From an uncultured virus (IMG/VR IMGVR_UViG_3300047157_000165) (Duplodnaviria; Heunggongvirae; Uroviricota; Caudoviricetes): a DNA stretch of 64,000 nt. Positions 20,681 to 31,674 of the stretch are shown one piece after another. Position numbers and translations under genes: made by a program. Where the stretch lies: the IMG/VR virus record IMGVR_UViG_3300047157_000165, one strand, 5' to 3'. The notes below the pieces were generated by a model. That model did not search any database and was not told the origin of the DNA. It worked only from the letters and a program-made list of their open reading frames with translations. Every line of letters starts with the position of its first letter. Within the stretch, counting starts at the first letter, position 1.

Positions 20681-23600
20681 TTAGTTTAAAGCTATTCCAC
20701 TTGGTATTATTGATTTGCTTAAAGAATTAGTCATATACTCTATTGTAACATATACCCCGCCATAACTTGCACCAGTTTGACTTTGTATATAGTTATTAGT
20801 AAAATTAATTTGTATTTCTCCATTTGTTCCCCCTGTTGTTGATGTTTGAGTTACTGAACTTACATTCCCTGAAGAACTTAAAGTTGTTAAACCGTAAATT
20901 AATGCTAAAGAACCAAAAGTAAAATCTACAGTAAAAGATCTATTTGTGTAGTTATTAGATCTGTTAAATACAGCACTATGGCCCCACATTCTTACCATAG
21001 TTGTACTGTTTAAATTTGCTTGACTTTGAACTGGAATTAATAATTTTGTTCCTAAAGACGTTACTGGATACCATTTTGTAATAGTCATTTTTTGAGGTGC
21101 TCCTTGATTATTACCAGAACCATAATTTTTTTGAACGTGATCTTCGCTGCCTTGATTTACTTCAAGCTTAGCACTAGGTGATGTCGTTCCAATTCCTAAA
21201 TTACCACCACTTATATACGAATTAGCCCCCGCAGAGCTAATAAGAGATGGGTTTTGACCTGAACTACCAGTAACAAACAATTGACCGTGATTTGATGAGT
21301 TTAAACCAACATAACATCTATTAGCAGTTGTTCCTACACCTATAACATTAATACCATTATTGTTTGTGCCTTGTACAGATAAAGTTGATGAAGGCGAAGT
21401 TGTTCCAATTCCTACGTTACCTCCAGAAGGTTGAAAAATTATATTACCTGCGTTTGCAACACCAGATTCAATTGTTTGAAATATCCATTTTCTATCTGAA
21501 GCAGAAGCTCCACCTTTTACTTCACAAGTTAGAGTTGCATAATTTGACGCTTCATTTGATGTTCCAAATCTTGCGAACTCCACACCAGAAGTAACAGTTT
21601 TAGCCTGACCACTAGCAACTTCTAATTTAGCATTAGGCGAAGTTGTTCCAATTCCTACTTTTCCTGAGCTTCCTATATATAATCTTGAAGTGCCTGTCGT
21701 AGCAAATTGAATTTCAGTATCTCCAAAAACAGCTAATCTATTAGTAGAAGTAATATCATATAAACTTAAAACTTGTGAATTTCCTCCATTAGTTTTAAAA
21801 CCATAAGTATTACCAGTTCCTAAAGTTCCTGTTAATTTTAAAAAATAATTACTTTCGGCTTGCTCGCTAATATGTAATTTAGCGCTAGGAGAAGTCGTTC
21901 CAATACCTAAATTTCCATCTGATTTTAAATATAATGGCACTGAACTTCCTTGTCTTATTCTAAAATTACTTGTTGAAGCTAAATCTAAAGCAAATAAATT
22001 TGATGTCATACCAAAAACCCCACTACCATTATCATTTCTTATTTGTAATATATCAGAAGAAGCTCCACCATCAAAAATACCTCTTCCTTCTACGTGTAAT
22101 TTTTGTTCAGGGGAAGCCGTGCCGATCCCGACACTTCCGTTACCCATTACCGCTAAAGCATTGCTATCACCAGCTGTATTTACTCTTAATCCATAAGTCA
22201 ATATATTATTACTACTTGTTTGAACGTTTAATCCGTTTGCAGAATTATGAGTAGCAGAGTTATATAAATAAGCAAGATATACACCGTTTGCTGGAGCACC
22301 TTCAACTTGAAATTTAGATGTTGGCCCAGTCGTTCCGATTCCTACTTTTCCATTTCTTAAAATGGTCATTAAATTTGTTCCAAATCTACTAAAAGTAAAA
22401 CCACTTGTGGTTAATGTAGAAAAATCTGTATTATCACCTTCCCTAATATTGAAATCCATTCCATTTGGTGCGCCATCATCAGTGGCTGCTACTAACGTCA
22501 TACCAGCACCAGTTGCATTACTTTTTGAAACCAAAGATGGATAAGAGTTAGCGCCAGAACCATTTGCAAATGACCAAGTCCCTACTGGTAATGTAGTTAT
22601 ATTGTTAGTATAACCACTTGCTCCAACAAAAATATCTGTTTTACCTATTGGCGAAGTCGTCCCTATTCCTACTTTTCCAGAAGCACCATCAACAACTAAT
22701 CTTGAATTTGTATTATGTGTTAAATGAAATACAGCGCCTCTATTTTCTAATCCAATAGGAGTATCTCTTGAATCGTTTAATATTACTCCAACACTACCAC
22801 CGTGTTCAATTTCTAAAACTTTATCTAATGAGTTTGGATTATCAACATTTGTGTTTCCAATAATTACGTTACCGTCTTTATCTATCCTCATTCTTTCAGA
22901 ATTGGAAGAACCATCATAAGTTTTAAATGATAAATCCCTACCACTACCATTATTATTTATAACAATATTGGCATCACCATTGTTAAATGTTAGATAACTA
23001 CCATCACCACCTTGGACATTTATATTACCAGCAACATCTAATTTGTTAATATTCATAGTAGTTCCGATTCCTATGTTACCCGAACTATTAATACGAATTC
23101 TTTCAGAAGCATTACTATAAAGTGATAAATCAGTATTTGTATCTGTACCAATTCTTGCATCATTACTTTGTATTGCTTGTGCAAATAAAATATTGTCATT
23201 GTTACCTGACCTTATTTTCATTGTTGTATGAGTAGAATCTTGTATTTCTAATTTTACCACTTGGTTTGTTAAACCAATTCCTACGTTTCCAGCACTGTCT
23301 ATCCTTATCCTTTCTGTTGGTGAACCACCACTTGTTGTCCAAAAAGCTAAATCAGTTGGATTATTACTTGCAGCAGTATTTATAGCTTGTATTCCAGCAC
23401 CACCTTTAAATTCAGGATCTCCTCCTAAACTTGTGGATATTGCTCCAAAAGATATACCTGTTTTTTTAGGGTAAGAACCTCCTGTTCCAGTATTTACATT
23501 AATTGAAACATCATCTGTTGCGTGATATAAACTTAATTTAGCAGAAGGTGATGTAGTTCCTATTCCTACGTTTCCTGCAAAAATTGCTGTTGTTGAATTT

Positions 23601-24478
23601 AAAGTTAATTCAGTAGTGCCAGATACTTTAAATTGCATATTAGGTGCGCCTCCAGTATTAGCATTTGAATCTACATTAAAAATTAAAACATCACCTAATG
23701 AATTTATATTTGATGCTATTGAATCTGTACCTAAAGTTAAATCCCCATCCCCTGCAAAAGTTGCGTTGGCAACAAATTCTACATCATTATTAGTTTTAAG
23801 TCTAATTTGATGAGTATTGTTTGCACCTAAATAAAGTTCATCTCCAACGGCTGCAAATACTAAACCTGCATTTGTTCCCGCAGTACCAATTCTTATACTT
23901 GAAGTTGCGTTGGGATTTACAGTTAATTGACCATTAAAAGTTGCAGTTGTTCCCGTCAATCCTCCAGTTAATGTACCACCTGCTAATGGCAGATGCCCAA
24001 CTTGTGAATACGTATAAGCTGTATTCCAGTTTGAAGAATTATTTGTAGTTATGCTATACACACCCGACCCGTTAGTTGTCATTAAACCAGCGGACGAAAA
24101 GTCGTTGTCATATAAAATATCATCAGCGGCTGTAACGCTACTAAAAGATATAACTTCTATGTCTGTTGTGTTTGGTGGAGCTGTACTAAAGGTAAGAGTT
24201 GTACCGCTTAAAGAAAATGTATCCTTGTGTTGGTATACACCATCTATATATACTTGTGTTTTATTTTCGTTATCTATACTATTGGCTAAAGTAAAAGCAG
24301 TTGTGCTGCCATCGCCAGTAAAACCATCTTGGTATATAACACTTGCAGAAGTAGTAGTATTTATCCAGTTGACACCAGATCCAGTTGAAGACAAAACTTG
24401 TCCACTGTTTCCTATGTCTCCACTAGAATCATATACTCCTGCGGCTATTTTTATATCGGTTAAAAACTTTTTAGCCAT
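20681..24478 (-). CDS. Tail fibre protein
   Basis: Many GNVGIGTTSP-type repeats; N-terminal FTGDGSTTAFTL...VYIDGVYQ module. Confidence 0.85.
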   Translation of the reverse strand: MAKKFLTDIKIAAGVYDSSGDIGNSGQVLSSTGSGVNWINTTTSASVIYQDGFTGDGSTTAFTLANSIDNENKTQVYIDGVYQHKDTFSLSGTTLTFSTAPPNTTDIEVISFSSVTAADDILYDNDFSSAGLMTTNGSGVYSITTNNSSNWNTAYTYSQVGHLPLAGGTLTGGLTGTTATFNGQLTVNPNATSSIRIGTAGTNAGLVFAAVGDELYLGANNTHQIRLKTNNDVEFVANATFAGDGDLTLGTDSIASNINSLGDVLIFNVDSNANTGGAPNMQFKVSGTTELTLNSTTAIFAGNVGIGTTSPSAKLSLYHATDDVSINVNTGTGGSYPKKTGISFGAISTSLGGDPEFKGGAGIQAINTAASNNPTDLAFWTTSGGSPTERIRIDSAGNVGIGLTNQVVKLEIQDSTHTTMKIRSGNNDNILFAQAIQSNDARIGTDTNTDLSLYSNASERIRINSSGNIGIGTTMNINKLDVAGNINVQGGDGSYLTFNNGDANIVINNNGSGRDLSFKTYDGSSNSERMRIDKDGNVIIGNTNVDNPNSLDKVLEIEHGGSVGVILNDSRDTPIGLENRGAVFHLTHNTNSRLVVDGASGKVGIGTTSPIGKTDIFVGASGYTNNITTLPVGTWSFANGSGANSYPSLVSKSNATGAGMTLVAATDDGAPNGMDFNIREGDNTDFSTLTTSGFTFSRFGTNLMTILRNGKVGIGTTGPTSKFQVEGAPANGVYLAYLYNSATHNSANGLNVQTSSNNILTYGLRVNTAGDSNALAVMGNGSVGIGTASPEQKLHVEGRGIFDGGASSDILQIRNDNGSGVFGMTSNLFALDLASTSNFRIRQGSSVPLYLKSDGNLGIGTTSPSAKLHISEQAESNYFLKLTGTLGTGNTYGFKTNGGNSQVLSLYDITSTNRLAVFGDTEIQFATTGTSRLYIGSSGKVGIGTTSPNAKLEVASGQAKTVTSGVEFARFGTSNEASNYATLTCEVKGGASASDRKWIFQTIESGVANAGNIIFQPSGGNVGIGTTSPSSTLSVQGTNNNGINVIGVGTTANRCYVGLNSSNHGQLFVTGSSGQNPSLISSAGANSYISGGNLGIGTTSPSAKLEVNQGSEDHVQKNYGSGNNQGAPQKMTITKWYPVTSLGTKLLIPVQSQANLNSTTMVRMWGHSAVFNRSNNYTNRSFTVDFTFGSLALIYGLTTLSSSGNVSSVTQTSTTGGTNGEIQINFTNNYIQSQTGASYGGVYVTIEYMTNSLSKSIIPSGIALN

Positions 24479-24492
24479 GTATTTTATTTAAA

Positions 24493-25494
24493 TTATCCTA
24501 TTTTACTAACAAGAACTCTCATGTCAGTTGATGCTGGTGCCGAGGCAAAACTAATTGTAACTTGATTAACTGTATTTCTTGTAACGTCTGCAAAAACAGT
24601 TTCGTTATTTGTTAGATCATATATTTGTACAATAACGTCTTTAGTATTAAAACCGTGTGTTAATGGAAAAGATGTTGCAGATCCATCACCTATCGTAAAT
24701 GCTTTTGTACTGTTTTCTACTACTTGTATTTTTTTATACGTTGAACCATCTTCTGTGATTTGCCATATATTATTAGCTTCATTCCATCTTAGTGCAACAT
24801 TTGTTTCATCTCCTCTTTCTATCTCTATACCTGCATTTTCAGTAGCTGTAGAACCAGTAAAATTACTATTTAAAGTAATTATATTATCAGCTAAATTAAT
24901 TGTTTCTGAATTTACAGTGGTTGTGGTTCCTGACACTGTTAAATCTCCTGTAACTACAAGGTCATTACCTATTGTAACATCATTGGGTAAACCTATAGTT
25001 ACTTTATTATTAGAAACTAATGTTGTTACTTCATTAGCAGTTCCTTGAAAAACTAATGTATCACTTCCTACAGATACTACATCTGTATTAGGCGTCCCTT
25101 CAGCATCACTTATTGTTAAGTCTGTACTTATTGAAGCTGTACCAGCAGCTGTTAACCTACCTTGATCATCTACTGTGAAAGTTGGTATTGCAGTTGCTGA
25201 GCCATATGAACCAGCGGTAACTGATGTGTCAGCTAAATTAATTGTTTGAGTGTGTTGTCCTGAAGTTGTGATTTGATTACCTGTTAATCCGGTACCAGCA
25301 GTTATATCAACTCCTGTTATATCACCAGTTAGATCTATCCAGTTTGAACCATTTGAAACAAAAAGCTTGCTAGATCCAGTATTAAAATATACTTGACCAG
25401 CTGATGGGCTTGAAGGAGCAGAACTATTAGGATGAAGTGTAGCATTTTGTAATTGATTATTTGCTAAATCAATATTACTTAAATATTTTGCCAT
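24493..25494 (-). CDS. Tail/fibre-associated structural protein
   Basis: VTAGSYGSATAIPTFTVDDQGRLTAA fibre motif; T/S-rich. Confidence 0.65.
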   Translation of the reverse strand: MAKYLSNIDLANNQLQNATLHPNSSAPSSPSAGQVYFNTGSSKLFVSNGSNWIDLTGDITGVDITAGTGLTGNQITTSGQHTQTINLADTSVTAGSYGSATAIPTFTVDDQGRLTAAGTASISTDLTISDAEGTPNTDVVSVGSDTLVFQGTANEVTTLVSNNKVTIGLPNDVTIGNDLVVTGDLTVSGTTTTVNSETINLADNIITLNSNFTGSTATENAGIEIERGDETNVALRWNEANNIWQITEDGSTYKKIQVVENSTKAFTIGDGSATSFPLTHGFNTKDVIVQIYDLTNNETVFADVTRNTVNQVTISFASAPASTDMRVLVSKIG

Positions 25495-25503
25495 AGTTTT
25501 ATT

Positions 25504-26202
25504 TTAGTTTAAATATGCAGTACCTGAAGTGTCTGCACTAAATGTTATTGTTAAATTACTTAAAGAAGTGTATTGTACATCACCATAAACAAGATTATTA
25601 CCAGTGTCTACAACACTTACACTTGGATATTTATTTAATGAATGATTTATATTCCAAACAGTTTGAGCTGATATTTGTTTAACAGCTGTTTTATCAGAAT
25701 TTTGAAACATTGCAGTCATATTAGCTTGATCACCACCTGTTAAAGTACCATTGCTAGCTAACGAGTCTACAGTTAATTGTATTACATCGTTTGTTAAAAA
25801 ATTAATCGTTTGAACCCTATAAACTCCAAAACTCAATGTGTCACTAGAATTATATATAGTTAAAACACCATCTTTAGACCTTATTTCTTCTATATATGTT
25901 TGTACATTACCATTCTCAGCATTTATTTTATTTAAATAAACTGTAGTTACAGCTGAAAAAGGTGTATTTGTAGTGCTATTATTATTAAAAGAAATTAATC
26001 CTTGACCTAGATTAGAATAACTTTGATTTTGATCATATTTATAAACAAATATATTACCTAATATATTAGATTGTTTTGCTAAATAATTGTTTATAGTTTC
26101 TATTGAAAAATTTCTAGTAGCTTTTGATGTAAAATCAGTTCCTAGTAAAGAATCATCTTTTATGATTTCATTGTCTTGTGTGTATTTACTTATTCTTGCC
26201 AT
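25504..26202 (-). CDS. Structural protein (tail hub-associated)
   Basis: N-terminus MARISKY shared with 26593-30783; C-terminal WNINHSLNKYPSVSVVD. Confidence 0.55.
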   Translation of the reverse strand: MARISKYTQDNEIIKDDSLLGTDFTSKATRNFSIETINNYLAKQSNILGNIFVYKYDQNQSYSNLGQGLISFNNNSTTNTPFSAVTTVYLNKINAENGNVQTYIEEIRSKDGVLTIYNSSDTLSFGVYRVQTINFLTNDVIQLTVDSLASNGTLTGGDQANMTAMFQNSDKTAVKQISAQTVWNINHSLNKYPSVSVVDTGNNLVYGDVQYTSLSNLTITFSADTSGTAYLN

Positions 26203-26582
26203 TAAATTGGTTTTTGTGGATACGTTATATTATTTATGTCTACAGTTGAAGGTAAATCTCTTAACTGTTGTCTATACGTTAACCATTCTTGTTTTTTATC
26301 ATTACTTAATTGAGCATCAGAAATCTGTGTCCAATCACATGATTTTAATAAATTATTTCTTTCGGATCTCAATATAGCGTATTTTTTGTTATTTATCTCA
26401 GTGTTTGTGAAAGGAACTTCAGTATGAATACCATCTATAACCTTACATCTAACACTATTAGCTTTTTCCCACTGTTGTTCTGTTAAAACAATATTTGGTG
26501 TAGGTATATTGTCACCATGTATTTCTAAAGTATAGAAACCAGTGTAATCACCATTGTTATCATATGTTGCATAATAATTCAT
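26202..26582 (-). CDS. Tail fibre assembly chaperone
   Basis: LRSERNNLLKSCDWTQISD...WLTYRQQLRDLP motif. Confidence 0.8.
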   Translation of the reverse strand: MNYYATYDNNGDYTGFYTLEIHGDNIPTPNIVLTEQQWEKANSVRCKVIDGIHTEVPFTNTEINNKKYAILRSERNNLLKSCDWTQISDAQLSNDKKQEWLTYRQQLRDLPSTVDINNITYPQKPI

Positions 26583-26592
26583 AAATTATATT

Positions 26593-29500
26593 TTAATCTC
26601 CAAAAGCTATCCACCAAAAATCATTAGGACTATCTGTTACAGCTACAAAATTATTTTTATTTACACTGTAGGCATAGTTTGCACCATCTCCGGATCTACT
26701 ATTTCTATTACACGTAACACTAACAGAATTACATCTAGTAGGAAAAGCTGTAGGAAAAGTTACTGTTACATCTTCAACACTACCTGTTTGATAACCCCAC
26801 TTCATAAAAGTACCTGATGGTAGTTTTTGAGAATGTTTTTGGTAAGTGGTGCTACTTGTGCTGCTTGTGCTTGCTGTTTTTGCAAAATCCCAAGATTGAC
26901 CATCAACCTCTAAACCACCTTTTACTTCAACATAATCACCTGTTACATCTGTTCTATCTATTTTAAAGTAATATTGAGCACTACTAGCTACTTGTATTCC
27001 TTGATCTGTTATTTCTGTTTGGTTTGCTGTTTTAGCAAAAGCTACATTTGTTTCATTTATATCAAAAGAAGATCCAGGAAAAATAACATAACCAGAACTT
27101 AAAAAACCAACTCTTTTCCAATAAAATCTTAAATAAAGATTATCAGAAGATCCAGTTACATTAAAGGTGAAAGTTACAGCTCTTTGTGCAAAACTTAAAT
27201 CTGATCCAGCCCCACTGTCTGATGCGCTATTTAAAAACTTATCTGCTATTATTTCTGTAAATGATGTATTTGTAGATATTTGAGCTCTTAATTCTATATA
27301 TATTAAACCAGAAAAATTAGCACTTGTAGATGCAAAAGCATTTAGAGCGTTTGTTGTTATAGTCCCTGTATATGTACCTGTTCTATCACCAGTACCAAAA
27401 CTAGCTTGTTTATATAAAGTACTAGATGTTTTAAATAAAGAATCCGTTATATTACCTATTGTAGTATAATTTGATCCCCAACAAGCAAACTGTAAGTCAT
27501 TCATTGAACTAAATGTTGCACTAACTAAAGAAGTTAATGCAGATAAATTACCTTGTCTAACTTGTAGTTTAGGTGTACCACTAGTATCATTTATTATTAA
27601 ACCTTGATCTGGATCTAATTCTACTCTATCAGAAGAAGATTTTATTTTATCTGTATTTATTGTCCAACCACCTATGTTACCAGAACCAGCACTAAGTTCA
27701 CCAGAGAAACTTCCAGTAACACCGTTTAGCGGAACATTCAGTTTTAATTGATTGTTATCTAATACAAATGGCGTTGCTGTAGTTGTGCTAGATTTTATAA
27801 TAAACTTGTCTGTTTGAAAAGTTACTGATGATACATCTGTTGTTGTTCCATTAGTAGCTAATATAGACATGCCAGTTACTACGTTTCCAGCTGTTGCTTG
27901 TAATGAATACCTAGATTCTGCAAAACCTTCTACCGTAGATATGCTACTCGTATTAGCTATAATATCTGCTCTAAGTCCAGAGTTTGCATCACCACCTACT
28001 AGCGCACTAAGTGTTGTAACCGAAGATGCTGAAGCAAAATCAGAATTAGTTGTGGTTGTAAAAACGTCATTAGCAAAAGCTTCGCTTACACTAACTGCAG
28101 TAAAAGTTCCATCAGCATTATCATACCCTGTAAAAAAGTTTGCAGCTAGACTATCTACTTTAGTTGCTGAAGCACTCTCCGCGTCTGATTGTGCTGTATT
28201 TATAACTGTATTTAAAGTGTCCGCAACACCTGTTATTGCATTACTTGAATTAAATGTAAACTGTGTTTTTAATTCTGTGACATCCGATGCTGAAGCTAGA
28301 CTTGCATTTGTTATTGCATCTCCAGCGTGTGTAGTTACTGCTGTTGATAAAGCACCTGTTATATCATCAACATCATTGTTAGAATCAAAACTAAAAACCG
28401 CTTCTAATTTATCTAATGAATTAGCTGTAGCTTGAACAGCACTTGATGCTGCATTATTTATAGATGTGTTTAATGCACCAGATACACCGCTAACATTATC
28501 ATTAGCATCAAAAGTGAAAACAGCATTTAATTTAGTAACATCAGATGCTGTAGAGCTTATATCACTTGTATTAGCACTTATATCATCAACTGCATCTGAT
28601 AAACCTTGTACAGTACTACCTGTTCTAGGGTCTACAGTTAATGTCCAAACATTAGGTGTTCCAGAAACAAGTATATATGGTTTGTTGTCATCATTTGCAT
28701 CATACCAAACCGAACTAACTGGCTCTGTAACGGCTGGAGCTGAATTTTGCCTAAAAATTTTAGGTTTTAAACCTATGGCTGTTGTGTTATTACCTATAGC
28801 AGTTGCATTGGTTGATGCGGCTGAAGCATTTACCGCTATTCCGCCATCTTGGCTAGCAACCCACGTGTTTGTTCCACTAACATCTTTTAATAAATAAGGT
28901 TTATTACCATCATTAGTATCATACCATATTGAACTTAGTGGGTTTGTAACAGCTGGAGCATCATCTTGAGAAAAAACCTTAGGTCTTAGATTAGCAGTTG
29001 CTTGAGCGGTTGCAATGGTTGAATCTATAGTTGCTGTCCATGTATTGGTTCCACTAACATCTTTAAGCATATAAAGCTTATTACCGTCGTTCGTATCATA
29101 CCACAATGAATTTATTGGCACTGTTATAGCAGGAGCATCATCTTGCCTAAAAATTTGTGGAATTGCATCTTGTGCTGTTTTATTAGACGTTACTGTAGAA
29201 CTTAAACTAGTTATAGAAGAAGCATTAGCTGTATTTGCTGTTGAATTTGCTGTTATAGCTGTTTCTGCATTACTTATAGACTGTGTATTGGTTGCTATTC
29301 TACCATCAAATGTTGCTGTCCAAACTTTTGGAGTGCCCGCTACTAATATATATATCTTATTATCATCATTACTATCAAACCATATTGAACCAGTCGGGTT
29401 ATTAGCTGATGGCTCCGCATCTTGTCTAAACGTTAAAGGTTTATTATTTACCGCAGTTGTTAATGTAGTTACATCACTTGAAGTTGCAAAATCAGTATTA

Positions 29501-30783
29501 GTGGTAGTTGTAAATATATCGTTAGCAAAAGCCTCTGTTAAAGTACCAGCTCCTGTTGCATTATTATAATTTGTGAAAAATTTAGCTCCTAATGTATCAA
29601 CTTTTGCAGCAGAAGCAGACTCTGCATCACTTCTAGCTGTATCTATAGCTGTATTTAGTGACTCTGAACCGTTTACACCTGATATATTGTTGCCTGTGTA
29701 TGTAAATTGAGATTGAAGTTCTGTAATTTTAGCCGCTTCAGAAGAAATAGACGTAGAATTTGTTGTAATAGCTGTATTTGCTGATGCTAAAGAGCTAATA
29801 TTTAAAGCTATTCTTCCATCTGTAGATTCTGTCCACACATTTGGGCTGCCCGACACCAAAACATATACTTTATTATCGTCATTTGTGTCAAACCATATAG
29901 ATCCAACCGCTTCGGTTACACTTGGAGCATCATTTTGCCTAAAAATATCAGGTTTTAGGTTAAGATTTGATGTTAATGTTGTTACTGAAGCTGCAGAAGC
30001 TAGTGATGCGTTAGTAATTGCAGTATTTGCGCTAGTATTTACAGCCGTTGCAAGACTTCCGCCTGGTGTCATACCATCTACATCACCATTACTATCAAAA
30101 CTGAACACAGCTTCAAGTTTATCTAAGTCACTAGCGACTGCTCCGGTAGCAGAAGTAACAGTGCTACTAACACTTGTTGATAAAGCACCAGCAATTCCTG
30201 TAATATCTGCGCCTGAAAACGTAAATTGTGACTCTAATTCTGTTACCTTGCTAGCACTTGAGCCTATATTTGTAGCATTTGTACTTATTCCACTGTTTGC
30301 GGTAGCTATAGCTGAAGTATTCTGTGTTAAAGTGCCACCTTGTGTATTGACAATACTTGTTAAAGACGTAAGCTGTGCCGCCGAGGCATAATCTGTAGAT
30401 GCCGATGTGTTTAATATTGAATCAGCAAATGATTGAGATAAACTCGTTAGGTTTCCACTACTGTCAAATGTACCAAAAGTAGAAGCTAGATTAACAGCAT
30501 ATGTAGCTGTAGCAGATATACTATTAGCGTTGGTAGTTATACTAACATTAGCCGTAGCTAGTGCATTAGTATTTGTAGTAATACTAGAAGACATGCTATT
30601 TAAATTATAATTAACCTCACCTATAGTAAATGTGTTGTTAAGGTAATTAGATAACTCGTCTAACGTTATATTATTCGTTATGTATATAGAACCATATTGA
30701 CCTTCGCCCTCGTAAGAGGAGATCACTAGCTGATCCTCTGCCCTTAATAGTTCGTCTCTATTGTAACTGCTTATTCTGGCCAT
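26593..30783 (-). CDS. Long tail fibre protein
   Basis: Five IFRQxDAP...WYDTNDxNK-type repeats, S/T/A coiled segments, C-terminal KLPSGTFMKWG...VTFPTAFP...WIAFG tip. Confidence 0.8.
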   Translation of the reverse strand: MARISSYNRDELLRAEDQLVISSYEGEGQYGSIYITNNITLDELSNYLNNTFTIGEVNYNLNSMSSSITTNTNALATANVSITTNANSISATATYAVNLASTFGTFDSSGNLTSLSQSFADSILNTSASTDYASAAQLTSLTSIVNTQGGTLTQNTSAIATANSGISTNATNIGSSASKVTELESQFTFSGADITGIAGALSTSVSSTVTSATGAVASDLDKLEAVFSFDSNGDVDGMTPGGSLATAVNTSANTAITNASLASAASVTTLTSNLNLKPDIFRQNDAPSVTEAVGSIWFDTNDDNKVYVLVSGSPNVWTESTDGRIALNISSLASANTAITTNSTSISSEAAKITELQSQFTYTGNNISGVNGSESLNTAIDTARSDAESASAAKVDTLGAKFFTNYNNATGAGTLTEAFANDIFTTTTNTDFATSSDVTTLTTAVNNKPLTFRQDAEPSANNPTGSIWFDSNDDNKIYILVAGTPKVWTATFDGRIATNTQSISNAETAITANSTANTANASSITSLSSTVTSNKTAQDAIPQIFRQDDAPAITVPINSLWYDTNDGNKLYMLKDVSGTNTWTATIDSTIATAQATANLRPKVFSQDDAPAVTNPLSSIWYDTNDGNKPYLLKDVSGTNTWVASQDGGIAVNASAASTNATAIGNNTTAIGLKPKIFRQNSAPAVTEPVSSVWYDANDDNKPYILVSGTPNVWTLTVDPRTGSTVQGLSDAVDDISANTSDISSTASDVTKLNAVFTFDANDNVSGVSGALNTSINNAASSAVQATANSLDKLEAVFSFDSNNDVDDITGALSTAVTTHAGDAITNASLASASDVTELKTQFTFNSSNAITGVADTLNTVINTAQSDAESASATKVDSLAANFFTGYDNADGTFTAVSVSEAFANDVFTTTTNSDFASASSVTTLSALVGGDANSGLRADIIANTSSISTVEGFAESRYSLQATAGNVVTGMSILATNGTTTDVSSVTFQTDKFIIKSSTTTATPFVLDNNQLKLNVPLNGVTGSFSGELSAGSGNIGGWTINTDKIKSSSDRVELDPDQGLIINDTSGTPKLQVRQGNLSALTSLVSATFSSMNDLQFACWGSNYTTIGNITDSLFKTSSTLYKQASFGTGDRTGTYTGTITTNALNAFASTSANFSGLIYIELRAQISTNTSFTEIIADKFLNSASDSGAGSDLSFAQRAVTFTFNVTGSSDNLYLRFYWKRVGFLSSGYVIFPGSSFDINETNVAFAKTANQTEITDQGIQVASSAQYYFKIDRTDVTGDYVEVKGGLEVDGQSWDFAKTASTSSTSSTTYQKHSQKLPSGTFMKWGYQTGSVEDVTVTFPTAFPTRCNSVSVTCNRNSRSGDGANYAYSVNKNNFVAVTDSPNDFWWIAFGD

Positions 30784-31025
30784 TATTTTGTGTTGTATTT
30801 TTTTGTACCTTTTCCGTGTCCACTTCTGTTTTTCTTTCTAGATATGAATTTCTTTGCATTGTGATCATAATCTAGCCCATCTAAGTTTCTACCTTTCTTC
30901 TTAGCAGCGCGTCTAAGTCTTTGGTTTTCGGCCTTCATTCTTCTTCTACGAGGAGTTTTTGCTGTAGCCAAATCTCGTTTAGCTTTAGCCAGTCTTGCTT
31001 TCTTACTAAGTTTCTGTTTTGCCAT
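30783..31025 (-). CDS. Small basic protein, degenerate HNH-like
   Basis: K/R-rich; GLDYDH...KKNRS. Confidence 0.5.
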   Translation of the reverse strand: MAKQKLSKKARLAKAKRDLATAKTPRRRRMKAENQRLRRAAKKKGRNLDGLDYDHNAKKFISRKKNRSGHGKGTKKYNTK

Positions 31026-31210
31026 AACTCTTATATCACCTATTTTTAGGAGGTTTTAAACATAGGGGTTTTGTATAATACCTATACTTTACGGTACAGC
31101 TATCAATACCAAAACGACTTGTAAAAGGCCCACGGGCCGTTGTTTACCTCCATTTTGTCTAGAACTTTTAGCTTTTGCCTAGGGCTTGTTATTAGTCCTT
31201 ATGCTATACA

Positions 31211-31252
31211 CAGACGAGTCACGAGCAGAGTAGAGCAGACGAGTCACGAGCA
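31211..31252 (+). repeat. 17-bp direct repeat, period 25
   Basis: CAGACGAGTCACGAGCA at 31211-31227 and 31236-31252. Confidence 0.9.
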
Positions 31253-31264
31253 TCTTTGTATAAT
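31236..31264 (+). promoter_or_regulatory. Early promoter-like motif, copy 1
   Basis: CAGAC-gagtc-ACGA-gcatctttg-TATAAT. Confidence 0.7.
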
Positions 31265-31299
31265 ATATATAATTAATAAATAAATCTAAATAAATAATT

Positions 31300-31557
31300 A
31301 TGAAAAAAGAATCAAGTAATCCAAGTGTTAAACAAACTAAACTAACTACTAAAAGGTTTGTGATCAGAAAGAATCTAATCGGTAAGAATGTAACGATTGA
31401 ATTCAAAACAAAAGAAGGTAAGACATTCAAGTATAATCATGACAAAGTATATAGTAGTAACAAGAAAAGGTTTGAAGGTATGAACTGTTTCAAGAAGTAT
31501 AAGTCATATACTGCAACAAACAATGTACCAACATTCGCAAGAGACTTCCTACTGTAG
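31300..31557 (+). CDS. Early hypothetical protein, paralogue A
   Basis: TKRFVIRKNLIGKN...KYKSYTATNNVPTFARD. Confidence 0.75.
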   Translation: MKKESSNPSVKQTKLTTKRFVIRKNLIGKNVTIEFKTKEGKTFKYNHDKVYSSNKKRFEGMNCFKKYKSYTATNNVPTFARDFLL

Positions 31558-31609
31558 GGAGTTTCTTTTGGGTAAAGCGAAGCAAAGGGGAGTGTAATGC
31601 TCCTCTTTG
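31545..31609 (+). terminator. Two tandem hairpins, probable terminator
   Basis: CTTCCT-actgt-AGGGAG-TTTCTTTT, then CAAAGGGGAG-tgtaatg-CTCCTCTTTG. Confidence 0.6.
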
Positions 31610-31645
31610 TGTGTATAGCACAGACAGGTCACGAGCGAAGAATAA

Positions 31646-31674
31646 CAGACACAATACGAGCAAGTGACTATAAT
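31646..31674 (+). promoter_or_regulatory. Early promoter-like motif, copy 2
   Basis: CAGAC-acaat-ACGA-gcaagtgac-TATAAT; an extra CAGAC..ACGAGC unit lies 25 bp upstream. Confidence 0.7.

Noticed and set aside
27869..30391. Long plus-strand ORFs opposite the tail fibre
   Set aside because: Antisense shadows expected from S/T/A-rich codons
16137..30783. Diversity-generating retroelement or shufflon acting on the fibres
   Set aside because: No reverse transcriptase, recombinase or near-identical template/variable repeat pair seen
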